Shown: piece after piece, positions 37,831 to 52,400 of the stretch
Position numbering within the stretch: position 1 is the stretch's first letter
Layout: the number at the start of each line of letters is the position of its first letter
Assembly: GCA_002104945.1 (NCBI GenBank)
Contig: MCFH01000052.1
Coordinates: 186,001-250,000, forward strand
Origin: Piromyces finnis finn
Lineage: Eukaryota; Fungi; Neocallimastigomycota
DNA length: 64,000 bases
Direction of reading: 5' to 3'
The notes under the pieces: generated by a model
Seen by the model: only the letters and a program-made list of their open reading frames with translations
What the model was told of the DNA's origin: nothing
Database searches by the model: none
Translations under genes and position numbers: made by a program

Positions 37831-40099
37831 GTGTATACTTCGCGAAGAAAAGGAAAATACCTTATGAAGTAAACGCAAAACTCCCTCAAGTCTCCGGAAT
37901 TGGTGGAATTCAGGCAATACTTGGAAAGGCCTCTCTTATCTCTCTAAAATACAAGAATCATCAATGCAAAACCTATTTTTATATTGTTGATATTCCCTCC
38001 TACTGTTGCCTACTTGGATCGGACTGGCTTTCAGAATATAACCCATCCATCACTTTCGATACCAAAGAAATCACTTTTCCGTCTAGCTATTGTACAAATA
38101 ACTGTCACACTCAGCCCCATCAATATACTTCTCTTATGTCTAATATTGTACCATCACTTTTTGATTGCAGTGAGAAGATAGTGTCAAATACGTCACTTCC
38201 AGAAGTATTACTACCTTACGAGGATGTATTTGATTAAAACCCTTCTAATCAACTACCCCCACATAGGCCATACGACTGTGAAATACAACTCAAACCAGAA
38301 TCAAAACTATTTTATGGACCTATCTATCCTTTAACCGATTTGGAATTCAAAGCCCTTAAAACTTACATTGATGAAAATCTTGCTAAAGGTTTCATATGTA
38401 AGTCCAAATCCCCTGCTGGAGCACCCGTACTGTTTGTACCGAAAAAAAACGGAGGGTTACGTATGTGTGTAGATTATAGACAGCTCAACAATATCACAAT
38501 ACATGACTCTTACTCGCTTCCCCTCATTAATGATATGCTGGAACACTTAGGCAAAGCTAAGATATTTTCAAACTTGACTTAAAATTGGCCTACAATTTAG
38601 TCATAATCAAAAAAGGCGATGAATACAAGACAGCCTTTACATGTAAATATATGTAAATATGGCCATTTTGAGTATTTAGTTATGCCTTTCGGGTTAAAGA
38701 ATACCCCTGCTGTATTCCAACATTTTATTAATGATGTTCTCGAAGACATTCTTGGAATATACTTTTGAAGTTATATCGATGATAATTTTTTTTCTAAAAG
38801 TTATCAAGATCATGTTAATCATCTTATTAACGTTCTTAAAAGTTACGCTCTGCTGGACTCTATGCTAAGTTGGAGAAATGTGAATTTTTTGCCCTGTACA
38901 TCGACTTCTTAGGACACCGAATCTCTTTTGATGGAATTTTTATGGACCCCAAGAAAGTTTCCTCTATTTTAGACTGGCCAACTCCAACGAACGTTAAAGA
39001 AGTTCAGTCTTTTATTGGATTTTCCAATTACTACAGAAGATTTATTCCAAAATTTGTTAATTTAGCTCATCCTCTCAACACTCTTCTGAAGAAGAATACC
39101 AAGTTCTTTTAGTCTAAAGAAGCAGATTCTGCCTTCGCTACTTTAAAATTTTTATTCGAATCTTCCCAAATCCTTGCATATCCCAATCGTGATCTACCCT
39201 TCCTTGTAGAAACAGACGCCAGCAATTTCGCTATTGGCGCGGTGTTATCACAAAAATCTATTACTGATGGGAAAACACATCCTGTTGCATTCTTCTCAAG
39301 ATCCATCACTGCTGCTGAGAGAAATTATCCCATTTATGATAAGGAACTTCTCGCGATTGTTGCTTCTTTGGAAAACTGGCGACATTTGTTAAAAGGTACT
39401 TCAACTCCTTTTACAATCTTTTCTGATCATTGTAACCTATTGTTTCAGAAGAAGCCAGAAAAGATGACTCAAAAACTCATTCGGTGGTTACTTTTTCTTT
39501 CTGAATTCAACTTTAAGATTGTTTATCGTTCCGGTGCTTTCAATGGCAAATCTAACACCCTTTCAAAAAGACCCGATTACTTTGATTCCACTGTACTTGA
39601 TAATGAAATCCCTTTTTTACAGTATTACGTCCAGAGAACTTTTGTGCTATTGCCACTCCTATTATTTCTTCGTTATCAGACAAAATCCTTATAATGTAAA
39701 AATGATAAATTTTATTTGGATATCTGTAACTACCTTGAAAATATGAATTTACCTGTTCCACATGCCAATATCAATTTATTCTCTCTCAGTAATAGCTTCC
39801 TTCTTTTCAACTCTAAGATATATTCCACTTAATACTTGTTGATGTATTATCCATTTGTCATGACAGCCCTTCAGCAGGTCATTTTGGGATTAAGAAGACT
39901 CTTTCCTTTATTCGAAGAGACTTTCGGTGGCTTTCACTTTCATCGGATGTCAAGTTGTTTATTCGTTCCTGTGATACCTGTTGCCGTGCTAAAGTCAGCC
40001 TTCACAAACCCTATGGACTTCTACAACCTCTTAGTATTGCTAACAAACTATGGTCCTCATTCGCAATGGACTTTATTACTGATCTACCTTGTTCCAATG
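37831..40099 (+). pseudogene. pol: Decayed chromovirus pol (PR end, RT, RH, IN start)
   Basis: [44 protein letters not shown]; many stops and frameshifts. Confidence 0.92.
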
Positions 40100-40435
40100 T
40101 GTAAAGATATATATTATATCTTTAGATCATTTAATAATTAATAATTAATTATTAATTATTAAATTAATATTTAGTAAACTTAATTATAAAGTTTTTGGAA
40201 TAAATTTTATGGAATAATTTAATAATAAATTATTTTTTAATAATTCCGTTAAAATTAAATTAAGATAAATATTTAAATTTAAGGAATAAAAGATTTTTAA
40301 TTAAATTTAAATATTTCAAATATTTCAAATATTTTAAATATTTTAAATATTCAAAATTTTTTTATATACTTTTTATTTAATTTTAGAATAGTTTAATAAC
40401 ATTATATTTTTTTATTTAAATTTAGAATAGCTTAA
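40100..40435. mobile_element. Truncated L2 LTR
   Basis: TGTAAAGATATATATTATATCTTT start; reverse complement of 16720-17048. Confidence 0.7.
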
Positions 40436-40793
40436 AATTTTTTATTTATTAAATATTAATATATTATTTTATAACATGAATTATTATATTTGTTTACTTT
40501 TAAAGTGTAATTTACTAAAGAAGTTATTAAATAGTTAATTTAACAATTAATTTAACAAAAGTTATATATTTTGATTTCGATTAGTTAAAGTTTATTATTT
40601 TCTTTCAATAATCAAATATATATGCAATGTTTAGGATTAATTTTATTTTAAAATTTTGGTAAAAGTAATTAATTAAACTATAGCTTATTTTAAGTTACTT
40701 TTAGGGTTAACTTAAAAATCAGGTTTAATAATAATTTTATATTTATTAATTTCATTATTTATCAATTTCTCGGCCTTTTAAGAATTAACTTCT

Positions 40794-42218
40794 TCATTTG
40801 AAGTTATTTTGTTCTGGTAGAACGTAAGGAAAAATATTTTTAATATGTACATGTACATTTCTATCAAGTAGTTTTCCTGTATGTGGATCTTCAAGTAAAA
40901 CAGTATTAAATTTTTGTTTATTAACAACTTTATAAGGACCATAAAAATAAGGATTTAATTTACTTCTTCCTATTAATCTTATCATAACATAATCACCTGG
41001 TTTATAAGTTTTCTTTAAAGTTTTGGATAAACCTATTCTATGTTCCCAATATTGATTAGCATGATTAGAATATTCAGTAGCTTGTTTTACCCAATTTTGA
41101 TGCCTTAAAAATCTTCTAAAAATATATTCTTCTTCTGTTTCATTAGGATCTTTATAAATATCAGGAAACATTATTTCTAATGGCCATGTGTCTCTTGTAC
41201 CATATAATAATTCGAAACTACTAAACTTAGTTTTTGAATTTTTGGTAGTTCTAAGTGCCCATAGTGCAGATGGTAAATATTCATCCCATTCGGGTTCATT
41301 TTCAATTAAAAGTCTTAAAGTTTTTCCAATTTCTCTATTTCGATTTTCAATCATACCATTTGATTCTGGATGATGGAAAAACAAAATACACCCATGATCC
41401 ATATAAATCAATCATCATTTTAGTAATATCAGAAATAAATGAACTTCCATTATCAGTAACAATAATTTCTGAAGGTCCATGCCTTGTTATTATTACTTCT
41501 ATTAAAAATTTTATTACTTCTTTTGATTTCATATTCGGGATTGCTTTAGCTTCAATCCACTTACTGAAATAATCTACAAGGGTAATAATATAAGAATTAC
41601 CTTGCTTAGTAATTGGTAATGGTCCTACTATATCAAGTCCGACTCTAGTAAATGGTAGTTCAACTGGAGTAATATTATCTTCAGTATTTTTAGGAAATGG
41701 TTTTGGTCTACATAATTGACATTCACGATAAGACCTAACCCACATTCTAACATCATTCCAAATACCTGACCAATAGTAAGATTTTAAAATTCTGTTTGTG
41801 GTCTTTTTAGCACCTTCATGACCAACAGAATGAGCATGACTAATAATATCTTTTTTATCTTCATCTTTTTTGTAATAAAGAGTATTATCAACAACTTGAT
41901 AATTCTTTGTAAAATATTTTTTTTATCAAGTTGTTGATAATATTCTTTATTACAAAAAATATTTTTTTTATTCCTTCAGGTAGGTCTAAATCTCTTGGAT
42001 TAAAATCAGATAGAATTGTATAGGCACAATTTATTATTTCATCAGAATTTTTAGAAGGCAATCTTGAAAGAGCATCAGCAAAAACATCTTTCTTTCCTTT
42101 ATCATATTTTAATTCAATTTTATATTTATTAAATTCTTCAATCCATCTTGCATGGCTACCTTTTGATGGAATATTCTTCTTATAAAATCCAAGTAATGGT
42201 TTATGATCGGTAATTAAT
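40794..42218 (-). pseudogene. pol: RNase H end and integrase of E1, displaced by the inversion
   Basis: ITDHKPLLG...ADALSR, HSVGHEG..CQLC, LDIVGP, TDNG, GPYKV; joins 4372 via the ATTAA TSD. Confidence 0.9.
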
Positions 42219-42712
42219 TGTAAAGATATAATATATATCTTTAGATTATTTAATAATTTAATAATAAATTATTTTATAATAATTTCGTTAAATTTAAATT
42301 AAAATAAATATTTAAATTTAAGAAATAAAAGAATTTTAATATTTAAATATTTCAAATATTTTAAATAATTAAAATATTTTTTAAATACTTTTTTATTTAA
42401 ATTTAGAATAGCTTAATAACTTTAATTTAGTTTTAAAAATAGATTTGTTTATATTTCAATAGGAAATATATGAAGAATAGGTATTGATAATATTAAATTA
42501 ATTTATAGAAAATACATGGGCCTTATTCAATTTTGAGTTTACTCAAATTGAATTAAAAGTATAATGAATTAGTTTAGTTTAGTTCTGTTATTTTATTATT
42601 TAATTGGATTAGTGTTGTTTATAAATAAATTTTCATCAAAATATCAAAATTATTATTTAATAATTATTAATTAATTATTAAATAATTTAAAGATATATTT
42701 TATATCATTACA
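42219..42712. mobile_element. Chimeric solo LTR at the right inversion breakpoint
   Basis: TGTAAAGATAT...ATATCATTACA; reciprocal product of 4373-5265; flanks TTAAT and ATAAC. Confidence 0.75.
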
Positions 42713-45277
42713 ATAACATAGATCGAGTCAAGGTCGACTTTATTATATCATACTTTGGTAAACCGTTGGAATGGGCTTTAATGTTGTTGAAGAATAATAA
42801 TGGGGTTTTAAACCATTATGATGAGTTTGCAGATAGATTGAAGGCTAATTTTCGTAGTTATAGATACGATATCGTTGTAGCCAATGATAAATTAGATATT
42901 CTTTGCCAAAGGAAGCTTGGGCAGATATTAGATTACATTACCGAGCTTCAATTTATTAGCCAAAATTCAAGCTTCAATGATAGCGCAAAAATCTACAGGT
43001 TTCTGAAAGGTTTACGACCACCACTTAAGGAGAAGTTGTCTTTCATTAAATCAAACCCAACTTAATTGAACAATTGATTTCTTCAATTCTTAAATTATTT
43101 TAGTTGAAGATATGATGAAAAGGAATTCACATAGAAAATTTTATTTTTAATGGTAGAAGGGCTAATGATATTATGGATGTGGATGTATATAGAATTAGTT
43201 GAGAAAATAAGCGAAAAGGGTATGTGAATATCCAAGGATCAGGTAAAAATTACAATGAAAACATAGACAATTTTGAAGAAGAAAAGAAAAAAATGATTAT
43301 GTTTTCTTTGTAAACAGCCAGGACATTTAAAATTTAATTGTCCTAACAGAATAAATCCAAAAAAGTGCTGGGAATAAGTAAAGAAAGGGATCCAAAAAAT
43401 GTTAATCCAAAAATTTACAAAGTTGGAATTAAGGGGATGGAAAGTAATTTAAACCTTGTTGATTTTTATGAGTACCAATGAAGGTAAAATTAATGTTTTA
43501 ATTGATTCTGGTTTTGAATTGAACTATTTTAATCCAAGTCTTGCTTAAGATCTTAGAAAAAGTGGAACCATTCCGAGTATCAGATGTTAGTGATGAAGTT
43601 GTATGTGTTTGGGAAAGAAAAAGTATATACCCCTATGCAAAAATCACTTCGAAGTAATTCAACTTTATGGTTAATGGATTACAAGTCCCTGGTGTTGATG
43701 TTATTTTTGGTTTTCCGTGGATAAAGAAGCATAATCCAAATTATTTCTACAACTCTAAGAAAATTGCTTTTAGTTCTGGTTATTGTGTCAGACACTGTAA
43801 TAAAAGCAAAAGAAGAAAACCAAGAAAGAAGTTAAAGAACAATAAGTTAGATCATGATGTTCTCGACCGAAGTTTAACCAAGAAGCCGAAAGTAGATCCA
43901 TTTGTTCCAAATAATGAAGAAAAAGAATATGTAAAAGGCCGCCTTGTTAAAACCATTAACGATGAAGATGATAACGATGACGAATATATTAATTTTAATA
44001 AAAAAGTTAAATGTATTGTAACAAAAATTAATGAAAAATGTAATAATAATAAAATATCATGTAGTAATAGTAATAATAATGAAAAAGATATTAATAAAGA
44101 TGGTCACCATACCAACCCAATATTTAGAATTTAGTGAAGTGTTTAATGAAAAAAATTGTGAAGTGTTACCTCCTCATATACATTATGACTGTGAAATCAA
44201 ACTTAAGGATGATTCAACTTTATTTTTTGGACCCTTGTATCCATTAACTGAAGTTGAAAGAGAGGAATTTAAAAAATATATAGATGATAATTTAAATAAA
44301 GGTTTTATTAGGAAATCATCGTCTCCTACTGGTGGCCCATATTTTGTATTGATTATAGAAAGTTGAATGAAATCATAATTCGTAATTCATATCCTTTACC
44401 TTTAATTAATGATCTTCTGGAGAGGGTGAAATTACTAATATTTTTACTAAAATAGACCTTAAATCTTCTTATAATTTTGTTCGTATTAAAGAAAATGATG
44501 AATACAAAAAGGCTTTCCGTACTAGATATGGTCATTTTGAATATCTGGTTATGCCTTTTGAATTAAAGAATGAACCTGCTACTTTTCAACACTTCATTAG
44601 CGATGCTCTCAGTGATTATTCAGATAATTTTGTTATCTCATATCAATGATATTATTATTTATTTTAATAATATTGAAGAATATCATGAACATGTAAGATA
44701 CCTAAGAAACTACTTGAAAATAGTCTTTATGTTAAATTAGAAAAATGTGAGTTTGATGTTAAGAAAACCATTTTTCTTGGTTATATTATTTCAAAAGATG
44801 AGTTGCAAATGAATGAGAATAAAGTTAAAACAATTTTCGATTGGCCAGAGTCAAAGAATATTAAAGAAGTTCAGTTTTTAATTGGTCTTTGTAACTACTA
44901 CAGAATCTTTATTAAAGACTTTGCTAAAATTGCTAACCCTCTTCATAAACTCACTAGAAAGAATGTTGCTTTTAACTAAGTGAAGGAATATCAGGATGTT
45001 TTTATTTTATTAAAGAATTTGTTCACATCTGCTCCTATTCTAAAACATGTGAATAGTAATAAACAATTTATTGTAGAAACTATCCTATATATGACAAGGA
45101 ACTTTTAGCTATTATAGTTGCTCTTGAAGAATGGCGTCATTATTCAGAGGGTGCATGTCAGTTCATAATTTTACTGATCACAAGAACTTAACATTTCCTA
45201 GGAAACCTGAAATGTTATCTCAGAGACAAATTAGATGGAATTTGTTCTTATCCATATTTGATTTTAAATTCATTTAT
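42713..45277 (+). pseudogene. gag-pol: Decayed chromovirus gag-pol, related to element B
   Basis: [63 protein letters not shown]. Confidence 0.88.
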
Positions 45278-45420
45278 TATAAAGATATAAAATATATCTT
45301 TAAATTATTTAATAATTAATTAATAATTATTAAATAATAATTTTGATATTTTAATGAAAAAATTATTTGAAAAATTTATTATAATTTTATGAAATAATTA
45401 AATAATGATTAATTTAAATC
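45278..45420. mobile_element. L2 LTR end fragment
   Basis: TATAAAGATATAAAATATATCTTT (TG mutated to TA). Confidence 0.65.
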
Positions 45421-45489
45421 AAATTTAGATACGTTACAAGTGCTGAATACACCTACTTTAACAATAAAAGTTAAAGTCAAACAGTAATA

Positions 45490-45860
45490 TTAAATTAAAA
45501 TTTAAGATCATTTCTTAATTTGTATACTCTTTCTTCTTTATCCGGTTGTCCTACATTTTCTATCAATTTGTATATTTTGTAGGCAGTAGTATTGGTAAAA
45601 TTTATATATGAATTGTATTCATCACTCTAAAAGAACTAATAAAAATAGATAAAAGAGCCAGAGAATTAATAATAAATAGTTTGAGTTCTCTGGCTCTTTT
45701 ATCTATTTTTATTAGTTCTTTTATAGTGCCTTTTTCATAATAGTTTTCTATAATTCCATATACTTTTATCAATTCTTTTGTATCAACGTTACTTTTATCT
45801 GAAGCATAGAATTATTTTAATTTTTCTTCATAAATGAAAGATTCTAAATCTTCTTTACTT
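45490..45860 (-). pseudogene. Possible Ty1/copia gag remnant
   Basis: KEDLESFIYEEK...KIDKRARELKLFIINSL...TTAYKIYKLIENVGQPDKEERVYKLRND loosely resembles copia gag; weak. Confidence 0.3.
45623..45728. repeat. Inverted repeat (about 43-bp arms, 20-nt loop)
   Basis: Arms 45623-45665 and 45686-45728; 38 bp perfect plus 4 bp beyond one mismatch. Confidence 0.95.
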
Positions 45861-46277
45861 CACAGTTTTATTATACGTAGAGTGTCCTATCAGACTCTTA
45901 ATCGGATAAATATTTATTAAGGACTCTTTTTAATATTTATTAATTATATTTACATTTATATATACTACGCCATAATATATATAAATATAAATAAAAATAT
46001 ATTTTGTGTTAACTATAATTAAGGTTTATAATTTATATTTTATATCATACAACATAAAATAAACATATATCAATGTGATAGGCAGATGTGTTCATAAATA
46101 TATATTAAAATAATTATAACAATGTGTTAGTTAAATTATCTTTCATATTTTCACTGCTTTCTTGAAATGTAATATGTGATGGTGTATCACGATCATTGTT
46201 TATTCATTATTATCAATTATTATCATCTTATTAACTGCATCTTTATCAATTAATATTTCACAATATTTTCACTTATA

Positions 46278-46487
46278 TTTTTATAAGCGTAATGTAAAAG
46301 AGTATTTATTCATTCATGTAGATTTGTTATCTTTTATTGTAATACTAATTTGTATTTTATTACTTTGTGATAATATATCATATTTTTATAAGCGTAATGT
46401 AAAAGAGTATTTATTCATTCATGTAGATTTGTTATCTTTTATTGTAATACTAATTTGTATTTTATTACTTTGTGATAATATATCAAA
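46278..46487. repeat. Tandem duplication, 2 x 105 bp
   Basis: Direct repeat with period 105. Confidence 0.92.
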
Positions 46488-46629
46488 GTATATAAATTAC
46501 ATATTAGATGTGTTCAAAATAATGATTGATAAGATTTATTATATTGTTCATTTAACTAAGAAAATAATAATTTAAAATATTTAATAGAACAAAAAATCAA
46601 ATGTTAATATAAAATTTAATAATAAAAAA

Positions 46630-46910
46630 AAGAGAGATACTCCATTTCCATTATATTTTACATTCTAAGAAAAAAAAAGATAATGTTAATATTGTTAAAT
46701 ATTCAGTTTAAAAAAGATCAGACACAAATATTTAAAATGAAAATAGATAGACATTATTATATTACGAATGCACACAAGAAAATAAAGGTATAATTAAGCT
46801 TTAATTGAAGAGGAGCAAAAGTAAATATTCAAAACAAAATATGTAGAAACACCATTACATGTAAAAAAAGGAAAAGAGGAAATAGTTTTAACCTGCTGAT
46901 AATAAAACTA
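46630..46910 (+). pseudogene. Possible ankyrin-repeat gene remnant
   Basis: DTPF(H)..NVNIVKY, TLLYYEC and ETPLHVKKGKEEIV pieces in broken frames. Confidence 0.3.
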
Positions 46911-48469
46911 TAAAGTAAAATATCCGTATTGTAAATTTAAAATTTTAATTAGCAATGAAAATCCAGCAATATTAGATAATGTTACTTTATTCTATTATTA
47001 ACTTAATGGTTCATGGTCAGTAGAATATAATTAAGACAGTCTGAATTCCATTTTGAACATCTTTATTTATATTCTCCTCTATAAATATTTAATTAATACA
47101 TTTATTTATTTTAATAACTACAATGTATATTTAATTTCAAATAAATGTTAATAATAATTACCCTTTTACATCATCTTTTTCATTAATTTCGGAGAAAGTA
47201 ACATCCCATTTTAATTTAAAAATAAATAGTAGTAGTAAAAATAAAATAATATTTAAAAAAAAAATTATGAAATTTAAAATAGTAATATTAAAAATGAAAA
47301 TTATACAAATAAAGAAATACTGTTCTTTTTTTATTTTATTTAATGACCAAAATTTAATAATAATTTTTTTATTTTATTTAATGACCGAAATTTAATAATA
47401 ATTTAAAGTTTAATTAATTCTTTATCCATTTAAAATTTTAATTTTCCTAAAAAGTTTTATTTTTTTATTTATATATTTTTTTTAAAAAAAAGTTTTAATT
47501 TTATTTTTATTTTAATAAACTAGTTTTTACAATGAATTCTAAAGTTTTCTTTAATTGGCTTTATACCATTTTAATCTTATAATAATAGTTGCAATTTATA
47601 ACAATTGCTATAATAATAAAATATCTATTTATATATTTTTATTAATGTTTATTCATTATTTAAATAATATATTGAATATTTCGCCTTTTCTAAATATGAA
47701 AATAAAAATATTACTATATAATATATATAAAATAACTTAAATTTTAGATAAAAAGGATTTAACCATTTCTAGGTTTATTTATTTATCAACACAATTAATA
47801 AATCATCACCAATATATTTATTAAGTTAGCTTAGATATTCTCATAATGAATGTGATAATATAATGTATGTAGATATTGATTGATTCAAATGTAATCACAT
47901 TTGAATCAACATGAATATGTTATTTATTCTACAAAAATAATTAATATAATATATTTAAGTAAAACGGATTCGAACTAAAAAAACAATATTAAATTCAAGA
48001 ATTTCCATTATTAAATGAATATAAAATAGTTATTCTTCTTTTATTTAAATTGAGATTAATAATTATTAAAATATAATATCCTATTTAAAAGAAATGTAAA
48101 TATTTATTTATATATGGCTTATGACAATGGTGTAGAATTAGGAAATTCAATACAGTATTGATTATGTTAAATACGATATTAGTGAAAAAATTATATAATC
48201 ATATATTTTATATTAAATATATGTTTATTTAAATAGAATAATATATTAAAATATAATTATGAAAATGATTTAAAAATAAAAAGTTTATAATTAAATTTAA
48301 TTATAAAGTCTATTAAAGTAATAATAGTTTTAAAAAATATGAAATACTTTATATTTTTTAAAACTATGATTACTTTAATAAACTTGTATTACCAAATACA
48401 TTTATTTTTATTTATTGTACATTTCAACTTTTAAAAATAATTGAAATAAATATATTTAATATTTAACTA

Positions 48470-48716
48470 CCAGAGGAATTAAAATCATTCCAAGAAGTTT
48501 TCAATACTCCACCAAAAGGTAAAATTTTTAATAGGAAAATTAACCGACTAAACGCTTACCTAATAAGGAAAAGGTTAAGAAACTACCTATGATGTCACAC
48601 ATATCTTTGGATAAGACTCAAGAAGATGCCCTCGAAAAGGAATTTAAAGAACTAGAAGAAGAAAATAAAGTTGAAAAAACCAGAGCTTCTTCCGCTTGCA
48701 ATGTTTTCAATGTACC
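48470..48716 (+). pseudogene. pol: RT N-terminal fragment of the family at 57.5-63.1 kb
   Basis: PEELKSFQEVFNTPPKGK...RASSACNVFNVP parallels 60720-60975. Confidence 0.88.
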
Positions 48717-49062
48717 TGTAAAAGTTTTATAAAATTTAAAACAGATTATAAAATTTCACAATAAAACTACACCAAAATAAAATAAAAAAAATAAAAAAAA
48801 AACGAAAACAAAATATATTTAAAATTCACTTTTTATTAATTTATTTAGTTATTAACTAAATTAATACTAATTTAATTAAATAATAAAATAATAAAACTAA
48901 ACTAAAACTAATTAAATACACTTTTGATTCAATTTGAGTAAACTACAAATTGAATACAGTCCATGTATTACCTATATATTAATTAAATATTAATAATACT
49001 ATTTATTATATATTTGCTATTAAAAATTGCTAATTTAGAACTACGCTAAAGTTATTAAACTA
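48717..49062. mobile_element. Truncated L2 LTR
   Basis: TGTAAAAG start; reverse complement of 4810-5265. Confidence 0.7.
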
Positions 49063-49649
49063 GAAGTATTATCTTTTCTTTCTGAATACCGTATTCTATA
49101 TGATGTTAATGATATTAATAAACGAATCAGTGATATTACTGAAAATAATCCTGTTGATATGTATAATAAAATTAATAATTTAATTAATAGCCATTATAAT
49201 ATAATATATTTCTCTTAATTATTAATATTGGAATTAATATAAACATCATAAGTTTAAAATTAATGTTTATAAAACTAATATATATTTTAAAAAAATATAA
49301 TAATTATATAATAAATATTAAATCGAAATATTAATTGTTAAATACTATATATATAATTAAAAATTGTTTGTAATAATTCGAAATATTAATTGTTAAATAC
49401 TATATATATAATTAAAAATTGTAATAATTAAGTATATAATGAATTAAACAAATAAATAATAATTTAGCAATAAATTAATTTATTTAAAATTCTAATATAT
49501 AATTATTTTGTAGTAATCTGCTTAATTATTTATTACATATTATTTATTTTATTTTTTATATTTTTACAATAACAATTACCTTTTCTTTTTAAAAAACATG
49601 TTTTATATTTAATAACAAACCAATTTTTTTTTGAAGTTACAATATTTGG

Positions 49650-52400
49650 AATTGCTACTGTAGAAGATTTAGAACTTTCGGATATTTTTTTGTCTATTTA
49701 GGAAGTCTACCTTGTGTTAGGTATTAATTTATTTGTACTCTTTTTTAAGTGAATTTAATTATAATACACTACAAAAAGAGCATTGATGAATGTCTTGGAT
49801 GGAAATCGCCGTAGTTTGCAAAGAATGGTGAAAATTTTGATGATTCTTGGACTGATTATTATTATTACTGAATTCAGCAAGATTAAGAAAGTTTTTCCAA
49901 TTAGAACTTTTATAGTTTGAAAAGCCTCATAAATATTGTTCAATAATGGAGTTTACCTTCTCCGTCTGACCATTAGATTGATGATGGAATGAAGAAGAAA
50001 ACTTAAAATCAATAATAAGAGAAGAACAAATAAATTGAAAAAATTTAGAGGTAAATTGAGAACCTCTATCAGTAATAATAGAAGAAAGTAATCTGCGTAA
50101 ACGGAATATATTATCAATGAAAGCGAAAGCTGTTTCCGATTCAGAGAGAATACCTTTAAAGGGGATAAGATGAATCATTTTAGTAAGATGATCAATAGTT
50201 TCCAGAATACAAGTGTAACCAGATGAAGAGGAAAGATCAGTAATAAAATCCATTGAAATAGAATATCAAGATTGATCGGCTATTTCAAAAGGGTTAAGGA
50301 AACTGTATGATTTATGAAGAGAATTTTTTTAATGGCAACAGATTTCACAAGGGCGAACGTAGTTTTCAACATCGGTTGTAATTGATAGCCACCAAAAATA
50401 TCTAGTTATAAGAGAAATAGTTCTTTTAATGCCAAAGTGACCAGCGGAAGGAGAATCATGACAAAATTTAAGAAGGAACATAGATGCGATCAGCAGAAAG
50501 GAGAAAGCTATTACTTAAAGAAAATTTGTCGATTTGGGGATGAGGGATTGGAGGCTTCTTGCAATCGAGGTAATCAAAAATTTTATTATAGAGTTCATCA
50601 TTTTTATATTCGTAGAAGAAAGAATTGCTTATGGTAGGCACTGAAGTTACAATAGCACAAAAGTTTTCAGGACGTAAAACATTGAAAGGAATATCGGATG
50701 AAGGATTAAAAGAGCCACAACGGTAAATAATAAAAGTTAAATTCAGAGGAACAGAGCCCAGCGGACAAGACGTTGAGACATCTTTTCTGATTTCTTTTGG
50801 TAAAGAAGGTTCCTATGATCCGAGTATATTATGAGAAGGTGACGCCAGGTTTCCAAAGCTGCGACAATAGCGAGGAGTTCTTTCTTGTAAATAGGATAAT
50901 TTCATTCAGGACCAGTAAGTGAGCAGGAGAAGAAAGCAACCGAATGAGTCATATTAACATTGGGAGAAACTTGAGGGAATTGCTCCTATAGCAAAATTAC
51001 TTGAATTGGTATCAACATAAATGGTAAGTCGCGATTTGGAAAAATAAGAACAGGTGCAGCGAAGTTTGGAATAAGTCGTCGATAATAATTAGAGAGGCCA
51101 AGAAAAAATTAAACTTCTTTCAAATTGAAGAGTGTAGGCCAATTTAAAATATAAGAAACTTTTAATTCTGACTAAGTTATAGGTTGGACGAAGATCAAAT
51201 TAAAAATATTTTTCCTTTTCCGAGATATTCCAACATATCTTGGATTAGTAGAAGCGGGTAAGAGTCTCATATAGTAATTGAATTTAATTGTCAATAATCA
51301 ACACACATTCAAAGTTGACCATTTTTCTTAGGGAAAATAGAACAGAAGCAACAAAATATGAATTTTTGATGGTTCTTTGATTTAGACAAATTAGTTTAGT
51401 TGGAATGGGCATAAAGGAAGTAATCGAATATTTATCTTTTTGCTTTAAAAGACAATTATCAAGTGAATGATATCGGAAGAACCACAATACACAAATAAGT
51501 TATTTTTTCTTCTTCTGTCCTTTTCAGCTTTGCTTAAAGGTCCATTAAACATTTTTTTATTAGAATTGTTATTATTATTCTTTGGGAAATTATTATTTCT
51601 TCTAGGCTTATAGTTTTCAGAATCTTTATGACCAAAATATTTCTATTAACAACGAATCTTGAATCAATTCTAGAAGCAATAGTTTACATAGAAAAAAGAT
51701 TCTTTCGCCCAGGGAACATCTCAATGATACGTGAAGCAACTTGATTGACCAAACCTGACGTAAAACCATCCATCTTGGCTTCTTCATTCCAAGAGGAAAC
51801 ATCTCCATATTTGTTAAATTCCATAATGTAGTCGTTAGCACGGCCGATATTCTTTTATCTAACCCTTTTAAGCAAAGAAAATTTCATCGTTGCTCCTATA
51901 GAAGGTTTTTAGTCTATTGACAAAAGCATCATAATATAGGAGGCATTGATCATGATTTTCAATTAAAGTAGCAACCTAACTCAAGGCATTTCCATACAAA
52001 CGAGTGATAATGTATAAAATCTTTATTTCGTCGTTTTGGAATCTCTCAGGGTAAAGAAGAAACTAATTCTATCTTGGTCATATATCCATTTAGAAATCTT
52101 TTATCCCCAGCAAATCCATCCTTTAGAGTAGTATTGTCAAAGATGTTCTGGTTAATTTCATTCATTTTGACTTATAATTGGAAGCTTAGTTTATTTGATT
52201 TTCGAATATTATCTCCTGATTATAGGAAGCTTAAATTAAGACTCGGAATACTATCTTTCATTTCCAAAACAAAAAAGTTAAATTTACTAGAAAGATTATT
52301 AGCATTTTCATCATTACTTGGATTCTCAATTCCAAATAATTTGTATATCTCATTGAATTGTATTGGTTGTACTAAATCGTTATTACCTATCATAGAATCA
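49650..52400 (-). mobile_element. Heavily decayed chromovirus (gag, RT remnant, RH, IN)
   Basis: Gag paralogous to 35086; MDFITDL, TDRGSQF and HHQSNGQTE; boundaries approximate. Confidence 0.8.

Noticed and set aside
28838-40099. Trans-complementation between the RT-less and IN-dead elements
   Set aside because: They belong to different clades with different priming modes and LTR ends, so direct complementation is unsupported.
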